From Cupriavidus necator (GTDB taxonomy: Bacteria; Pseudomonadota; Gammaproteobacteria; Burkholderiales; Burkholderiaceae), in the NCBI RefSeq assembly GCF_016127575.1, contig NZ_CP066019.1:2370001-2402000 (forward strand): DNA of 32,000 nucleotides. Direction: 5' to 3'. The notes under the pieces were generated by a model. The model had not been told where the DNA came from. It made no database searches and was given only the letters and a program-made list of their open reading frames with translations. Each line of letters opens with the position of its first letter. Positions within the stretch are counted from its first letter, which is position 1. The translations under genes and the position numbers were made by a program. This document shows, one piece after another, positions 1 through 8,423 of this stretch.

Positions 1-2427
1 GCCGGGGTCGGCAAGTCACGGCTGTTCCATGAGTTCAAGGTGCTGTCGCAGCGCGGCTGCATGGTGCTTGAGACCTTCTCGGTGTCGCACGGCAAGTCGT
101 TCGCGTACCTGCCGCTGATCGACCTGGTGAAGAATTATTTCCAGATCGAGCCGCTCGATGATGAGCGCAGGTGCCGCGAGAAGGTCGCCGGCAGGATGCT
201 GATGCTGGACCGCACACTGGAAGAGCTGCTGCCTTACCTGCTTTTCCTGCTGGGTATCAGCGAGCCGGGTTCGGCATTGCCGAACATGGATCCCCGCATC
301 CGGCGCCAGCGCACCTTCGACGCAATCACGCGCCTGCTGGTCCGAGAGAGCCACAACCAGCCGCTCGAGTTGATCTTCGAGGACCTGCAATGGCTGGACA
401 GCGAGACCGAGGCGTTCCTGGATGTCCTCGCCAGCCACCTGCCAGGTGCCAGGATCCTGCTGCTGCTCAACTATCGGCCCGAGTACCAGCATGGCCGACA
501 TCAGCCGGACCGTTACACCGAGCTACGGCTCGATCCGCTGGGCCAGGCCGAGGCCCAGGAACTGCTCGCCGCGCTGCTTGGCGACGATCCCGCGCTGATG
601 CCGCTCAAGCGGCTCATCCTGGACAAGACCGAGGGCAATCCATTCTTCATGGAGGAAGTGGTGCAGACCTTGTCCGAGGAGAAGGCCCTGCTCGGCGAAC
701 CTGGCCACTACCGGATCGAGCAGACCCCGATCGCGCTGCATATTCCCACCACGGTCCAGGGCGTACTGGCCGCCCGCATCGACCGGCTGCCCCGCCCCGA
801 GAAAGACTTGCTGCAGAGCCTTGCCGTGATCGGCAAGGAGTTTTCCCTGAGCCTGATCCAGCGCGTGGTCTCCCAGCCGGAGGAACAGTTGCAGCCGCTG
901 CTGGCCAGGCTGGAGGCCGGCGAATTCATCTACGAGCGGCCCGCATTCCCGGATACGGAGTACATGTTCAAGCATGCGCTGACCCAGGAAGTCGCCGGCA
1001 GCTCGCTGCTGACCGAGGAGCGCACCGCGCTGCACCAACGCACGGCGCAGGCAATCGAAGCCCTGTTCCAGCATCAGCTGAAGGATCACTACAGCGAGCT
1101 GGCCCGGCACTACAGCCTGAGCGGCAATGAACCGAAGGCCGTCGAGTACCTGCAGTGCACCGGCCAGCAGGCAGTGCAGCGCTCCGCGTACCACGAAGCG
1201 ATCCGCCACCTGAATGCCGCGCTGGAATTGCTCCAGCGCCAGCCCGATTCGCCCGAACGCGCCCGCCAGGAACTCACGCTGCGCCTTGCCATCGGGCCGG
1301 CGCTGATCGCCGCCAGGGGCTTTGCCTCGTCCGAGGTCGAAACCACTTACAGCCGTGCCCTGGCGCTGTGCGGCGAGGTCGGGGAGACCCCGCAGCTTTT
1401 TCCCACGCTGGTCGGCCTGCGCACGTATTTCTCCCTGCGCGCCGAGCATCGCAAGGCTTACAAGCTGGGCAAGCAACTGCTTGCCCAGGCCAGGAAGACG
1501 CAGGACCCGGAGCTATTGGGCGAGGCCCATGTCTCGCTCGCCACGACCTTGTATTACTGCGGGAAGTTCAGGGCCTCCGATGGCCACCTGCGAGATGCGC
1601 TCGCCCTCTATGGCGCCAAACCGGATCACGTCCATGTGAATATGCATGGCGTCGACCCGGAGTCACGGGCGCTATCCTTTTCGGCATTGGTCCTGTGGAA
1701 TCTCGGCTATCCGGACCAGGCCTGCAAGCGAGCACAGAGTTCGCTCACGCTGGCCCGGCAGCTGTGCCATCCCTTCAGTCTCGCGCATGGCCTCTGCCTG
1801 GCGGCCGAGCTGCACCAATTCCGCTGCGACCCAAGGCTCACGCTCGAGTGCGCCGACGCGGCCATCGCGCTCTCAAGCGAGCAGGGCTTCCCCGTGTGGC
1901 TTGCCTGGTCGACCTTCCTGCGCGGTTGGGCCCTGGCCGAGCAAGGGCAGCATGAGCAAGGCATCGCGCAGATGCGCCAGGGGCTGGCGGCGTACCACGC
2001 TACCGGCGCGGCGCTGGGGCATTCGCACTTCCAGCAACTGTTGGCGCAGATCTACGCACGCATGGGACAGGTGGATTCAGCCCTGGACGCGCTAGCCGAA
2101 GCGCAAGACGCGGTGCAAAGGACCGGTGAGCACTATTGCGAAGCTGAGTGGCATCGGGTCAAGGGCGAGATGATCCTTCACGGCTGCCGTTCTGATGGCC
2201 TTCTGTCTGAAGATGACGCGCAAGCGTGTTTTCACCAGGCGATCACGGTAGCCCGCAAGCAGAATGCCAGGTCGCTGGAGTTGCGGGCCTCACTGAGCCT
2301 TGCACGGCTCTGGCAACGCCAGGGCAGGCCCGAGCCGGCCAGGCAACTGCTGGACCAGATCCGCGGCGCATTTACCGAAGGGCTGGACAGCGCGGACATG
2401 CGCGACGTCGTGGCGGCATGCCGTTGA
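1..2427 (+). CDS. Large STAND/AAA_16-type NTPase with C-terminal TPR-like helical repeats; 5'-truncated by the window edge
   Basis: Frame 1 is open from nt 1, and nt 1-21 read AGVGKSR (Walker A GxGKS). The tracked GTG at 40 is therefore internal. LELIFEDLQWLDSET is a Walker-B-like hhhhDD segment. About 400 aa of helical repeat sequence follows (e.g. AYHEAIRHLNAALELL, GQVDSALDALAEAQ). Stop TGA at 2425-2427. Confidence 0.75.
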   Translation, partial: AGVGKSRLFHEFKVLSQRGCMVLETFSVSHGKSFAYLPLIDLVKNYFQIEPLDDERRCREKVAGRMLMLDRTLEELLPYLLFLLGISEPGSALPNMDPRIRRQRTFDAITRLLVRESHNQPLELIFEDLQWLDSETEAFLDVLASHLPGARILLLLNYRPEYQHGRHQPDRYTELRLDPLGQAEAQELLAALLGDDPALMPLKRLILDKTEGNPFFMEEVVQTLSEEKALLGEPGHYRIEQTPIALHIPTTVQGVLAARIDRLPRPEKDLLQSLAVIGKEFSLSLIQRVVSQPEEQLQPLLARLEAGEFIYERPAFPDTEYMFKHALTQEVAGSSLLTEERTALHQRTAQAIEALFQHQLKDHYSELARHYSLSGNEPKAVEYLQCTGQQAVQRSAYHEAIRHLNAALELLQRQPDSPERARQELTLRLAIGPALIAARGFASSEVETTYSRALALCGEVGETPQLFPTLVGLRTYFSLRAEHRKAYKLGKQLLAQARKTQDPELLGEAHVSLATTLYYCGKFRASDGHLRDALALYGAKPDHVHVNMHGVDPESRALSFSALVLWNLGYPDQACKRAQSSLTLARQLCHPFSLAHGLCLAAELHQFRCDPRLTLECADAAIALSSEQGFPVWLAWSTFLRGWALAEQGQHEQGIAQMRQGLAAYHATGAALGHSHFQQLLAQIYARMGQVDSALDALAEAQDAVQRTGEHYCEAEWHRVKGEMILHGCRSDGLLSEDDAQACFHQAITVARKQNARSLELRASLSLARLWQRQGRPEPARQLLDQIRGAFTEGLDSADMRDVVAACR

Positions 2428-2435
2428 TGACGATT

Positions 2436-2454
2436 TCGCCGCCAGCGGCGATTT
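2436..2454 (+). terminator. Weak candidate intrinsic terminator between convergent genes
   Basis: tcgccg-ccag-cggcga forms a 6-bp stem with a 4-nt loop, followed by ttt, 9 nt after the stop at 2427. The stem and T-tract are both short, so support is weak. Confidence 0.25.
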
Positions 2455-2491
2455 GCGCCAGTGTTTACATTCTGAATCTCCTGATTTCCAC

Positions 2492-3613
2492 TCAGGCCGC
2501 CCTGGCGGCCAGTGCGGGATAGTCGGTCAGCCCGCGTGCGCCACCACCAAACAGCGTGTCGCGGTCATGGGGGTTGAGCGTCGCGCCAGCGCGCAGGCGC
2601 TCCGGCAGGTCGGGGTTGGCCACGAACGGCCGGCCGAAGGCAATCAGATCGGCCCATCCCTCGTTCAGCGCGGCCTGCGCACGTTCCGCGGTGTACTTGC
2701 CGGCGTAGATCAGCGTGCCCCGATACACCTCGCGCAGCCGCTGCTTGAATGCGGCGGGCATATGCGGTGCATCGTCCCAGTCGGCCTCGGCGATATGGAT
2801 GTAGCCCACGCCCAGCTCGCCGAGCAGCTTTGCCGCGGCCGCATAGGTGGTTTCCGGATCGGCGTCGACGCAGCCATTGAGCGTGGTCAGCGGCGCCAGG
2901 CGGATACCGACCCGGTCCTTGCTGGCCGTGCCCTCGATCAGCGCCTGCGTCACCTCGCCCAGGAACCGCAGGCGGTTTTCTAGCGAGCCGCCATATTCGT
3001 CGGTACGGTTGTTGGCTTCCGAGTCGATGAACTGGTTGACCAGATAGCCGTTGGCCGCGTGCAGTTCCACACCGTCGAAGCCGGCCGCCATCGCGTTGCG
3101 CGCGGCCTGGCGGAATTCGTCGACGATGGCGTGGATCTCTTCCACCTTGAGCGCGCGCGGGTGGGATGCCTGCACGAAGCCCGGCTTGCCATCCTGATCG
3201 GCGACGAACACGTTCACACCGTGCGCCGGGATGGCGGACGACGACACCGGTGCGTGGCCATCGAGCAGACTGACATGGCTCAGGCGGCCCACGTGCCAGA
3301 GCTGCGCGAAGATGCGACCGCCCGCTTCATGCACGGCAGCGGTGACCTTGCGCCAGCCGGCGACCTGCGCCGGCGTGTGGATGCCGGGCGTCCACGCATA
3401 GCCCTTGCCGAGCGGCGAAATCCAGGTGCCCTCGCTGACGATCAGGCCGGCGCTGGCGCGTTGCGCGTAGTACTCGGCCATCAGTTCGTTCGGCACGTCG
3501 TCGGGCTGGCTTGCGCGCGAACGCGTCATCGGCGGCATCACGATGCGATTGGGCAGCGTGAGGGCACCCAGCGAATGCGGCTGGAACAGCGGATCGTGTG
3601 TATCGGACATCAT
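2492..3613 (-). CDS. Old Yellow Enzyme family NAD(P)H:flavin oxidoreductase / alkene reductase (NemA / PETN-reductase-like)
   Basis: 373 aa. OYE hallmarks: LTLPNRIVMPPMTRSRA, QLWHVGR, ELHAANGYL (His/Asn pair), NNRTDEYGGSLENR (proton-donor Tyr present), FGRPFVANPDLPERL. GGAGG lies just upstream. The second Met at 3610 has better SD spacing and is an alternative start. The gene begins 7 nt after the dkgB stop, suggesting an operon. Confidence 0.9.
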   Translation of the reverse strand: MMSDTHDPLFQPHSLGALTLPNRIVMPPMTRSRASQPDDVPNELMAEYYAQRASAGLIVSEGTWISPLGKGYAWTPGIHTPAQVAGWRKVTAAVHEAGGRIFAQLWHVGRLSHVSLLDGHAPVSSSAIPAHGVNVFVADQDGKPGFVQASHPRALKVEEIHAIVDEFRQAARNAMAAGFDGVELHAANGYLVNQFIDSEANNRTDEYGGSLENRLRFLGEVTQALIEGTASKDRVGIRLAPLTTLNGCVDADPETTYAAAAKLLGELGVGYIHIAEADWDDAPHMPAAFKQRLREVYRGTLIYAGKYTAERAQAALNEGWADLIAFGRPFVANPDLPERLRAGATLNPHDRDTLFGGGARGLTDYPALAARAA

Positions 3614-3620
3614 GGCCTCC

Positions 3621-4424
3621 TCAGTCCCAGGCCGGGGCCAGGCCCTCGGGGCTGACCTCGCGGCCGTTGCGCTCCAGCGCGGCGATCTGGGCCATGTCGT
3701 CGGCGTCGAGCTTCAGGTCGCGCGCCAGCAGGTTGCTGGCCAGGTTCTCGCGCCTGGTCGACGATGGAATCACCGCATAGCCGAGTTGCAGCGCCCATGC
3801 CAGCGCAACCTGCGCGACGGTGGCGCGGTGCTTGTTCGCGATCTGCGCCAGCACCGGGTCCTTCAGCACCTTGCCGTAGGCCAGCGTCATGTACGACGTC
3901 ACGGCGATGCCCTGCTCCTTCAGGAACGCGGCGAGCTTGTGGTTCTGCAGATAGGGGCTCAGTTCGATCTGGTTGGTGGCGATTTCGCCCTTGCCAACCG
4001 CATCGAGCGCCTGCTTCGTCAGTGCGATATTGAAGTTGGAAACACCAATCTGCCGCGTCAGGCCCAGCGCCTTGGCTTCGGCCAGCGCCGCCATGTATTC
4101 GGGCAGCGCCACGCCATTGCCCGGCGCCGGCCAGTGGATCAGGGTCAGGTCGACGTAGTCGGTGCGCAGCTTGTCCAGGCTTTCGCGCAGGCTCGGCACA
4201 AGCTTGCCGGCGGCGTAGTTCGCCGTCCAGATCTTGGTGGTCACAAACAGTTCATCGCGCTTCACGCCGGCCTTGGCGATAGCCTGGCCGACGTCGGCCT
4301 CGTTGCCGTAGATCTGTGCCGTATCGACGGCGCGATAGCCCAGGTCCAGCGCGTTGCGCACCGAATCGATCACGGCCTGGCCGGTCAGGCGGAAAGTCCC
4401 GACACCAAATGAAGGAACGCTCAT
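3621..4424 (-). CDS. dkgB: Aldo-keto reductase, 2,5-diketo-D-gluconate reductase B type
   Basis: 267 aa from ATG 4424, with AGGAG 7 nt upstream. It aligns essentially end to end with my recollection of E. coli DkgB (FGxGTFRL, YRAxDTAQIY, [37 protein letters not shown], VIPSSTxRxNLxSNL, [11 protein letters not shown]). The tracked 405-aa ORF (to 4838) adds a Ser/Arg-rich extension that overlaps lysR, so I reject that start. Confidence 0.92.
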   Translation of the reverse strand: MSVPSFGVGTFRLTGQAVIDSVRNALDLGYRAVDTAQIYGNEADVGQAIAKAGVKRDELFVTTKIWTANYAAGKLVPSLRESLDKLRTDYVDLTLIHWPAPGNGVALPEYMAALAEAKALGLTRQIGVSNFNIALTKQALDAVGKGEIATNQIELSPYLQNHKLAAFLKEQGIAVTSYMTLAYGKVLKDPVLAQIANKHRATVAQVALAWALQLGYAVIPSSTRRENLASNLLARDLKLDADDMAQIAALERNGREVSPEGLAPAWD

Positions 4425-4510
4425 GGTGCAACTCCTATGAAGGAAACTCGAATGCACGCAGTTTGCCGCCCTTACCTTTGCGGATAAAGCCGTGTATAAG
4501 GGAAATTCAT

Positions 4511-4525
4511 TTGATTTGAAATCAA
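4511..4525. promoter_or_regulatory. Candidate LysR-type operator, TTGAT-N5-ATCAA (T-N11-A), in the dkgB/lysR divergent promoter region
   Basis: ttgatttgaaatcaa is a perfect 7-1-7 palindrome in an AT-rich intergenic region, 3 nt upstream of the lysR ATG. The same half-sites recur at 5439-5455. Confidence 0.55.
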
Positions 4526-4527
4526 TA

Positions 4528-5430
4528 ATGAAGACGACCATCGACGAACTGCTGGCCTTTGCCGCCGTGGTGGACACCGGCTCGATCACGGCGGCCGCCG
4601 AGCAGCTCAAGCTGACGGTCTCCGCCGCCAGCCGCACCCTGGGCCGGCTGGAGGAGAAACTGCAGACCACGCTGCTGCGGCGAACCACGCGGCGGCTGGA
4701 GCTGACCGAGGAAGGGGCGGCATTCCTGGAACACGCCCGCGCCATCCTGGCGATGGTTGACGAGGCGGAAGAGCAGATCGCGGCGCGCCGCCTGCGGCCG
4801 GTTGGGCGCTTGCGGGTGGATGCGGCAACGCCGTTCATGCTGCATGTGATCGTGCCGCTGCTGGAGGGCTTTCGCGCCAGCTACCCGGAAGTGGAACTGG
4901 AACTCAACTCGAACGAAGGCATCATCGACCTGATCGAAAAGCGCACCGATGTGGCGTTCCGCATCGGCCAGCTGAAGGACTCAACGCTGCATGCGCGCCC
5001 CATCGGCACCAGCCGAATCCGCATCCTGGCCAGTCCCGGCTACCTGAAGCGCCACGGCACGCCCACCAAGCCGGCGCAGCTCGCGCAGCATGCGCTGCTG
5101 GGCTTCACGCAGCCGGAATCGCTGAACGACTGGCCGCTGCGCGACGACGACGGCAGCGTGCTGCATATCAAGCCAACCATCGCCTCGTCCAGCGGCGAGA
5201 CCCTCCGGAGCCTGGCCCTGAACGGCCAGGGCATTGCCTGCCTGTCGGACTTCATGACGCGCGACGATCGGCAAGACGGGCGGCTGGTGCAGCTGTTTGC
5301 GAAACAGACCCTCGATGTGCGCCAGTCGATCAACGCGGTCTACTATCGCAACACCGCGTTGGCGTCCCGCATCACCTGCTTTGTCGAGTATGTGGTCAAG
5401 GTGCTTGGCCAGAAGCCGTTCGAGAGCTAG
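4528..5430 (+). CDS. LysR-family transcriptional regulator
   Basis: The N-terminal wHTH ([59 protein letters not shown]) and a C-terminal substrate-binding domain are typical of LTTRs. It is divergent from the dkgB-OYE operon. I prefer ATG 4528 to 4492 because of where the HTH sits. Confidence 0.9.
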   Translation: MKTTIDELLAFAAVVDTGSITAAAEQLKLTVSAASRTLGRLEEKLQTTLLRRTTRRLELTEEGAAFLEHARAILAMVDEAEEQIAARRLRPVGRLRVDAATPFMLHVIVPLLEGFRASYPEVELELNSNEGIIDLIEKRTDVAFRIGQLKDSTLHARPIGTSRIRILASPGYLKRHGTPTKPAQLAQHALLGFTQPESLNDWPLRDDDGSVLHIKPTIASSSGETLRSLALNGQGIACLSDFMTRDDRQDGRLVQLFAKQTLDVRQSINAVYYRNTALASRITCFVEYVVKVLGQKPFES

Positions 5431-5438
5431 TTTTCATA

Positions 5439-5455
5439 TTTGATGCCAGATCAAA
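5439..5455. promoter_or_regulatory. Second TTGAT-N5-ATCAA palindrome, upstream of the second OYE gene
   Basis: tttgat-gccag-atcaaa lies 9 nt after the lysR stop and about 85 nt upstream of the OYE2 ATG. Its half-sites are identical to those of the 4511-4525 site. Confidence 0.5.
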
Positions 5456-5538
5456 AGTATTTGACCGATACACGGCTTAATCTGCAAAGATGAACCGGGC
5501 AAACTGCGCTCCATCGAAACCCATTCCCTGGAGCACAA

Positions 5539-6648
5539 ATGAGCCCCCTCTTCAAGCCCTTTGCCATGGCCGAGCAAACGCTATCCAACCGGATCGCCAT
5601 GGCGCCGCTGACCCGTTCGCGCAACCCGGACGGGGTGCCCAACGATCTCAACGCGCTCTACTACGGCCAGCGTGCCGACGCCGGCCTGATCGTGACCGAA
5701 GGCACGGTGATCTCGCCCAGCGCGCAGGGATTCCTGTTCAATCCGGGCCTCTACACGCCGCAACAGGTTGAAGGCTGGCGCAAGGTGACCGACGCGGTGC
5801 ATGCGAAGCGCGGAACGATCTTCACGCAGCTCTGGCACGTCGGCCGGGTGAGCCACGTCTCGATCCAGCCTGGCGGCATCCAGCCGGTCAGCGCAACCGA
5901 CCAGGTTGCGAAGAACACCAAGGCCTGGGGCTATACCGCCGACGGCACGCCCGGTGCGGTCGATGTATCCGCGCCGCGCGCGCTGGCCAGCGGTGAGGTC
6001 TACGGCGTAATCGCCGATTTCGCGGAAGCCGCGGCCAATGCGATCGCCGCCGGCTTCGACGGCGTGGAACTTCACGGTGCCAATGGCTACCTGATCGAAC
6101 AGTTCCTGAACCCGACGGTGAACGACCGCACCGACGAATTCCGTGGCGACACGCTGGAAGGCCGTACCCGCTTTGTACTGGCTGCCATCGACGCCGTGGC
6201 AGCCCGGATCGGCGCGCATCGCACGGCCATCCGCCTGTCTCCCTATGGCGGACTGGGCGACATGGCCGAGTACCCTGAGCTGGAGCAGACCTATCTCCAT
6301 CTGGCCGACGAGCTCTCGAAGCGGAATATCGCCTACGTCCACCTCATGGACCAGAGCACGCGCGGCAGCTCGGCCACGCCGGGCGACTTCCTGGCAAGGT
6401 TCCGACGTCGCTTCACGGGTGCGCTGATCCTTGCGGGTGGCATGACACGCGCACGCGCCGAGCAGCTGATTGCCGATGACCTGATCGACATTGCCGCCTT
6501 CGGCGAGCCGTTCATCGCCAACCCCGATCTGGTTGCCCGGCTTGAGAACAACTGGCCGCTGGCCTCGTCGGACCGCGCGCACCACTACGGTGGCGGCGCC
6601 GAGGGCTACACGGACTATCCCGCCTACGACGGCGCCGCCGCAGCCTGA
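5539..6648 (+). CDS. Old Yellow Enzyme family flavin oxidoreductase paralog with an atypical active-site motif
   Basis: 369 aa. OYE motifs: LSNRIAMAPLTRSR, QLWHVGR, ELHGANGYL, FGEPFIANPDLVARL. The canonical RTDEYGGS motif reads RTDEFRGD here (Phe codon ttc at 6139-6141). GGAG lies 8 nt upstream of the ATG. Confidence 0.9.
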   Translation: MSPLFKPFAMAEQTLSNRIAMAPLTRSRNPDGVPNDLNALYYGQRADAGLIVTEGTVISPSAQGFLFNPGLYTPQQVEGWRKVTDAVHAKRGTIFTQLWHVGRVSHVSIQPGGIQPVSATDQVAKNTKAWGYTADGTPGAVDVSAPRALASGEVYGVIADFAEAAANAIAAGFDGVELHGANGYLIEQFLNPTVNDRTDEFRGDTLEGRTRFVLAAIDAVAARIGAHRTAIRLSPYGGLGDMAEYPELEQTYLHLADELSKRNIAYVHLMDQSTRGSSATPGDFLARFRRRFTGALILAGGMTRARAEQLIADDLIDIAAFGEPFIANPDLVARLENNWPLASSDRAHHYGGGAEGYTDYPAYDGAAAA

Positions 6649-6908
6649 ACTGCGCCAGACCACCTCGCGCAGCTTCACGCGGCGCTTCGGGCAGCCGCCC
6701 GGGGCGGGGCGGGTGTCCGCACACGGATAGCAAGGCTGCACTCAGTCCATCGAGCCACACGATTGCGCGCGGGGGTGTCGCCGCTCAGGTCGTCAGCAAT
6801 TTTTCCTGATTTTCACCACGAATTCAGCAACAAATACCCGCGTTATCTGATTAACCTGCCCGCTATTTTCCGTTTACGGCCCGCCGCGGACGAGAAAATA
6901 GCTGCTCC

Positions 6909-6931
6909 CGCCGGCCCCACGAAGGCCGGCG
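6909..6931 (+). promoter_or_regulatory. GC hairpin in the permease leader (possible attenuator or 5'-UTR structure)
   Basis: cgccggcc-ccacgaa-ggccggcg forms an 8-bp stem with a 7-nt loop, followed by cggcctttct, about 30 nt before the ATG at 6964. It is preceded by a 9-bp inverted repeat, gctattttc (6862-6870) / gaaaatagc (6894-6902). Confidence 0.3.
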
Positions 6932-6963
6932 CGGCCTTTCTGATGACACGGAGACAACGACAC

Positions 6964-8343
6964 ATGAGTGCAAGCGCAGAACATCTGCAACGCGGCCTGG
7001 GCGAACGGCATATCCGGCTGATGGCGCTGGGTTCGGCCATCGGCGTGGGCCTGTTCCTGGGCGCCGGCAATGCCATCAAGATGGCCGGCCCCGCCATCAT
7101 GCTGGGCTACCTGATCGGCGGCGCGGTGATCTTCCTGATCATGCGCGCGCTGGGCGAAATGGCCGTGCACAACCCGGTGGCCGGCTCGTTCTGCCGCTAC
7201 GCGCAGGACCACATGGGCCCGCTGGCCGGCTACCTGACCGGCTGGAACTACTGGTTCCTGTGGCTGGTGACCTGCGTGGCGGAGATCACCGCCGTGGCCA
7301 TCTACATGGGCATGTGGTTCCCCGACGTGCCGCGCTGGATCTGGGCGCTGGCCGCGCTGGCGGCAATGGGCTCGGTCAACCTGATGGCGGTCAAGGCCTA
7401 TGGCGAGTTCGAGTTCTGGTTCGCCATGATCAAGATCGTCACCATCGTGCTGATGCTGATCGGCGGCGGCGCCATGATCGTGTTCGGCTTTGGCAACGGC
7501 GGTATCGCCACCGGCATCTCGAACCTGTGGGCGCACGGCGGTTTCATGCCCAACGGCGCCTCCGGCGTGCTGATGTCGCTGCAGATGGTGATGTTCGCCT
7601 ACCTCGGCGTGGAGATGATCGGCCTGACCGCCGGCGAGGCGCGCAACCCGAAGAAGTCGATCCCTGACGCGATCAACTCGGTGTTCTGGCGCATCCTGAT
7701 CTTCTACGTGGGTGCGCTGTTCGTGATCCTGTCGCTGTACCCGTGGAACGAGATCGGCGCCCAGGGCAGCCCCTTCGTGCTGACTTTCGAGCGGCTGGGC
7801 ATCAAGACCGCCGCCGGCATCATCAACTTCGTGGTGCTGACCGCGGCGCTGTCGTCGTGCAATGGCGGCATCTTCAGCACCGGGCGCATGCTGTACAACC
7901 TGGCGCAGCAGGGCCAGGCGCCGCAGGCCTTTGCCAAGGTCGACCGCAATGGCGTGCCGCGCCGCGCGCTGCTGGTGTCGATCGCCGCGCTGCTGTGCGG
8001 CGTGCTGCTCAATTACCTGGTGCCCGAGCAGGTCTTCGTCTGGGTGACGGCGATTTCCACCTTCGGCGCGGTCTGGACCTGGGCCATCATCCTGGTCACG
8101 CAGATCCAGTTCCGCCGCAGCCTGTCGGCGGCCGAGCGCAAGGCGCTGGCCTTCCGCATGCCGTTCTGGCCCTATGGCTCCTACATCGCGCTGGCCTTCC
8201 TGGCGCTGGTGGTGGCGCTGATGGCCTACTTCCCGGAGACCCGCGTGGCGCTGTACGTGGGCCCGGGCTGGCTGGTGCTGCTGACGGTGTGCTACTACGC
8301 GCTGGACATGCGCTCGCGCGGGCCAGTCAGCTACCGCGCCTGA
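6964..8343 (+). CDS. APC-superfamily amino acid permease (AroP/ProY/AnsP/CycA-like)
   Basis: 459 aa from ATG 6964 (GGAG 10 nt upstream). Strong similarity to the E. coli AroP/CycA pattern: RHIxLMALGxAIGxGLFLG, GEMAVxxPVAGSF, GWNYW, GEFEFWFAMIKI, SPFV, NFVVLTAALSSxN, and about 12 hydrophobic segments. Substrate cannot be assigned. The tracked upstream start at 6763 adds a non-homologous 67-aa extension. Confidence 0.88.
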   Translation: MSASAEHLQRGLGERHIRLMALGSAIGVGLFLGAGNAIKMAGPAIMLGYLIGGAVIFLIMRALGEMAVHNPVAGSFCRYAQDHMGPLAGYLTGWNYWFLWLVTCVAEITAVAIYMGMWFPDVPRWIWALAALAAMGSVNLMAVKAYGEFEFWFAMIKIVTIVLMLIGGGAMIVFGFGNGGIATGISNLWAHGGFMPNGASGVLMSLQMVMFAYLGVEMIGLTAGEARNPKKSIPDAINSVFWRILIFYVGALFVILSLYPWNEIGAQGSPFVLTFERLGIKTAAGIINFVVLTAALSSCNGGIFSTGRMLYNLAQQGQAPQAFAKVDRNGVPRRALLVSIAALLCGVLLNYLVPEQVFVWVTAISTFGAVWTWAIILVTQIQFRRSLSAAERKALAFRMPFWPYGSYIALAFLALVVALMAYFPETRVALYVGPGWLVLLTVCYYALDMRSRGPVSYRA

Positions 8344-8423
8344 GCTTGCCGTAGCCAGCGGGGTGCGCCGGCCGGCGCGCCTCGCTACAATGGCTCCCGG
8401 GCAATCCAACGCCAGGGGGCCGA

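Noticed and set aside
4425-4838. N-terminal extension of the dkgB ORF to 4838 (405-aa version)
   Set aside because: The extension is Ser/Arg-rich, overlaps the lysR coding region on the opposite strand, and lies upstream of a good AGGAG-ATG at 4424. Starting at 4424 gives the canonical 267-aa DkgB length.
6763-6963. Upstream TTG start giving a 526-aa permease
   Set aside because: The extra 67 aa cover the AT-rich promoter-like region and the hairpins, and have no counterpart in APC permeases. The conserved N-terminus begins just after ATG 6964, which has a GGAG upstream.
6649-6963. Possible glycine or other amino-acid riboswitch ahead of the permease
   Set aside because: I could not find the conserved cores I remember for the glycine riboswitch (GGAGAG...CACCG / ACCGAAGGGGCAA-type elements) or other amino-acid riboswitches. 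I kept it only as a generic structured leader.
8365-8378. Perfect GC palindromes: gcgccggccggcgc (8365-8378), cggcgctgcagcgccg (19336-19351) and gcgcatgc-c-gcatgcgc (~19406-19422). I considered them as terminators or operators.
   Set aside because: They have no usable loop or T-tract for intrinsic termination. Short GC palindromes are frequent by chance and by restriction-site-like composition in high-GC DNA. I have no second copy or positional logic to support function.
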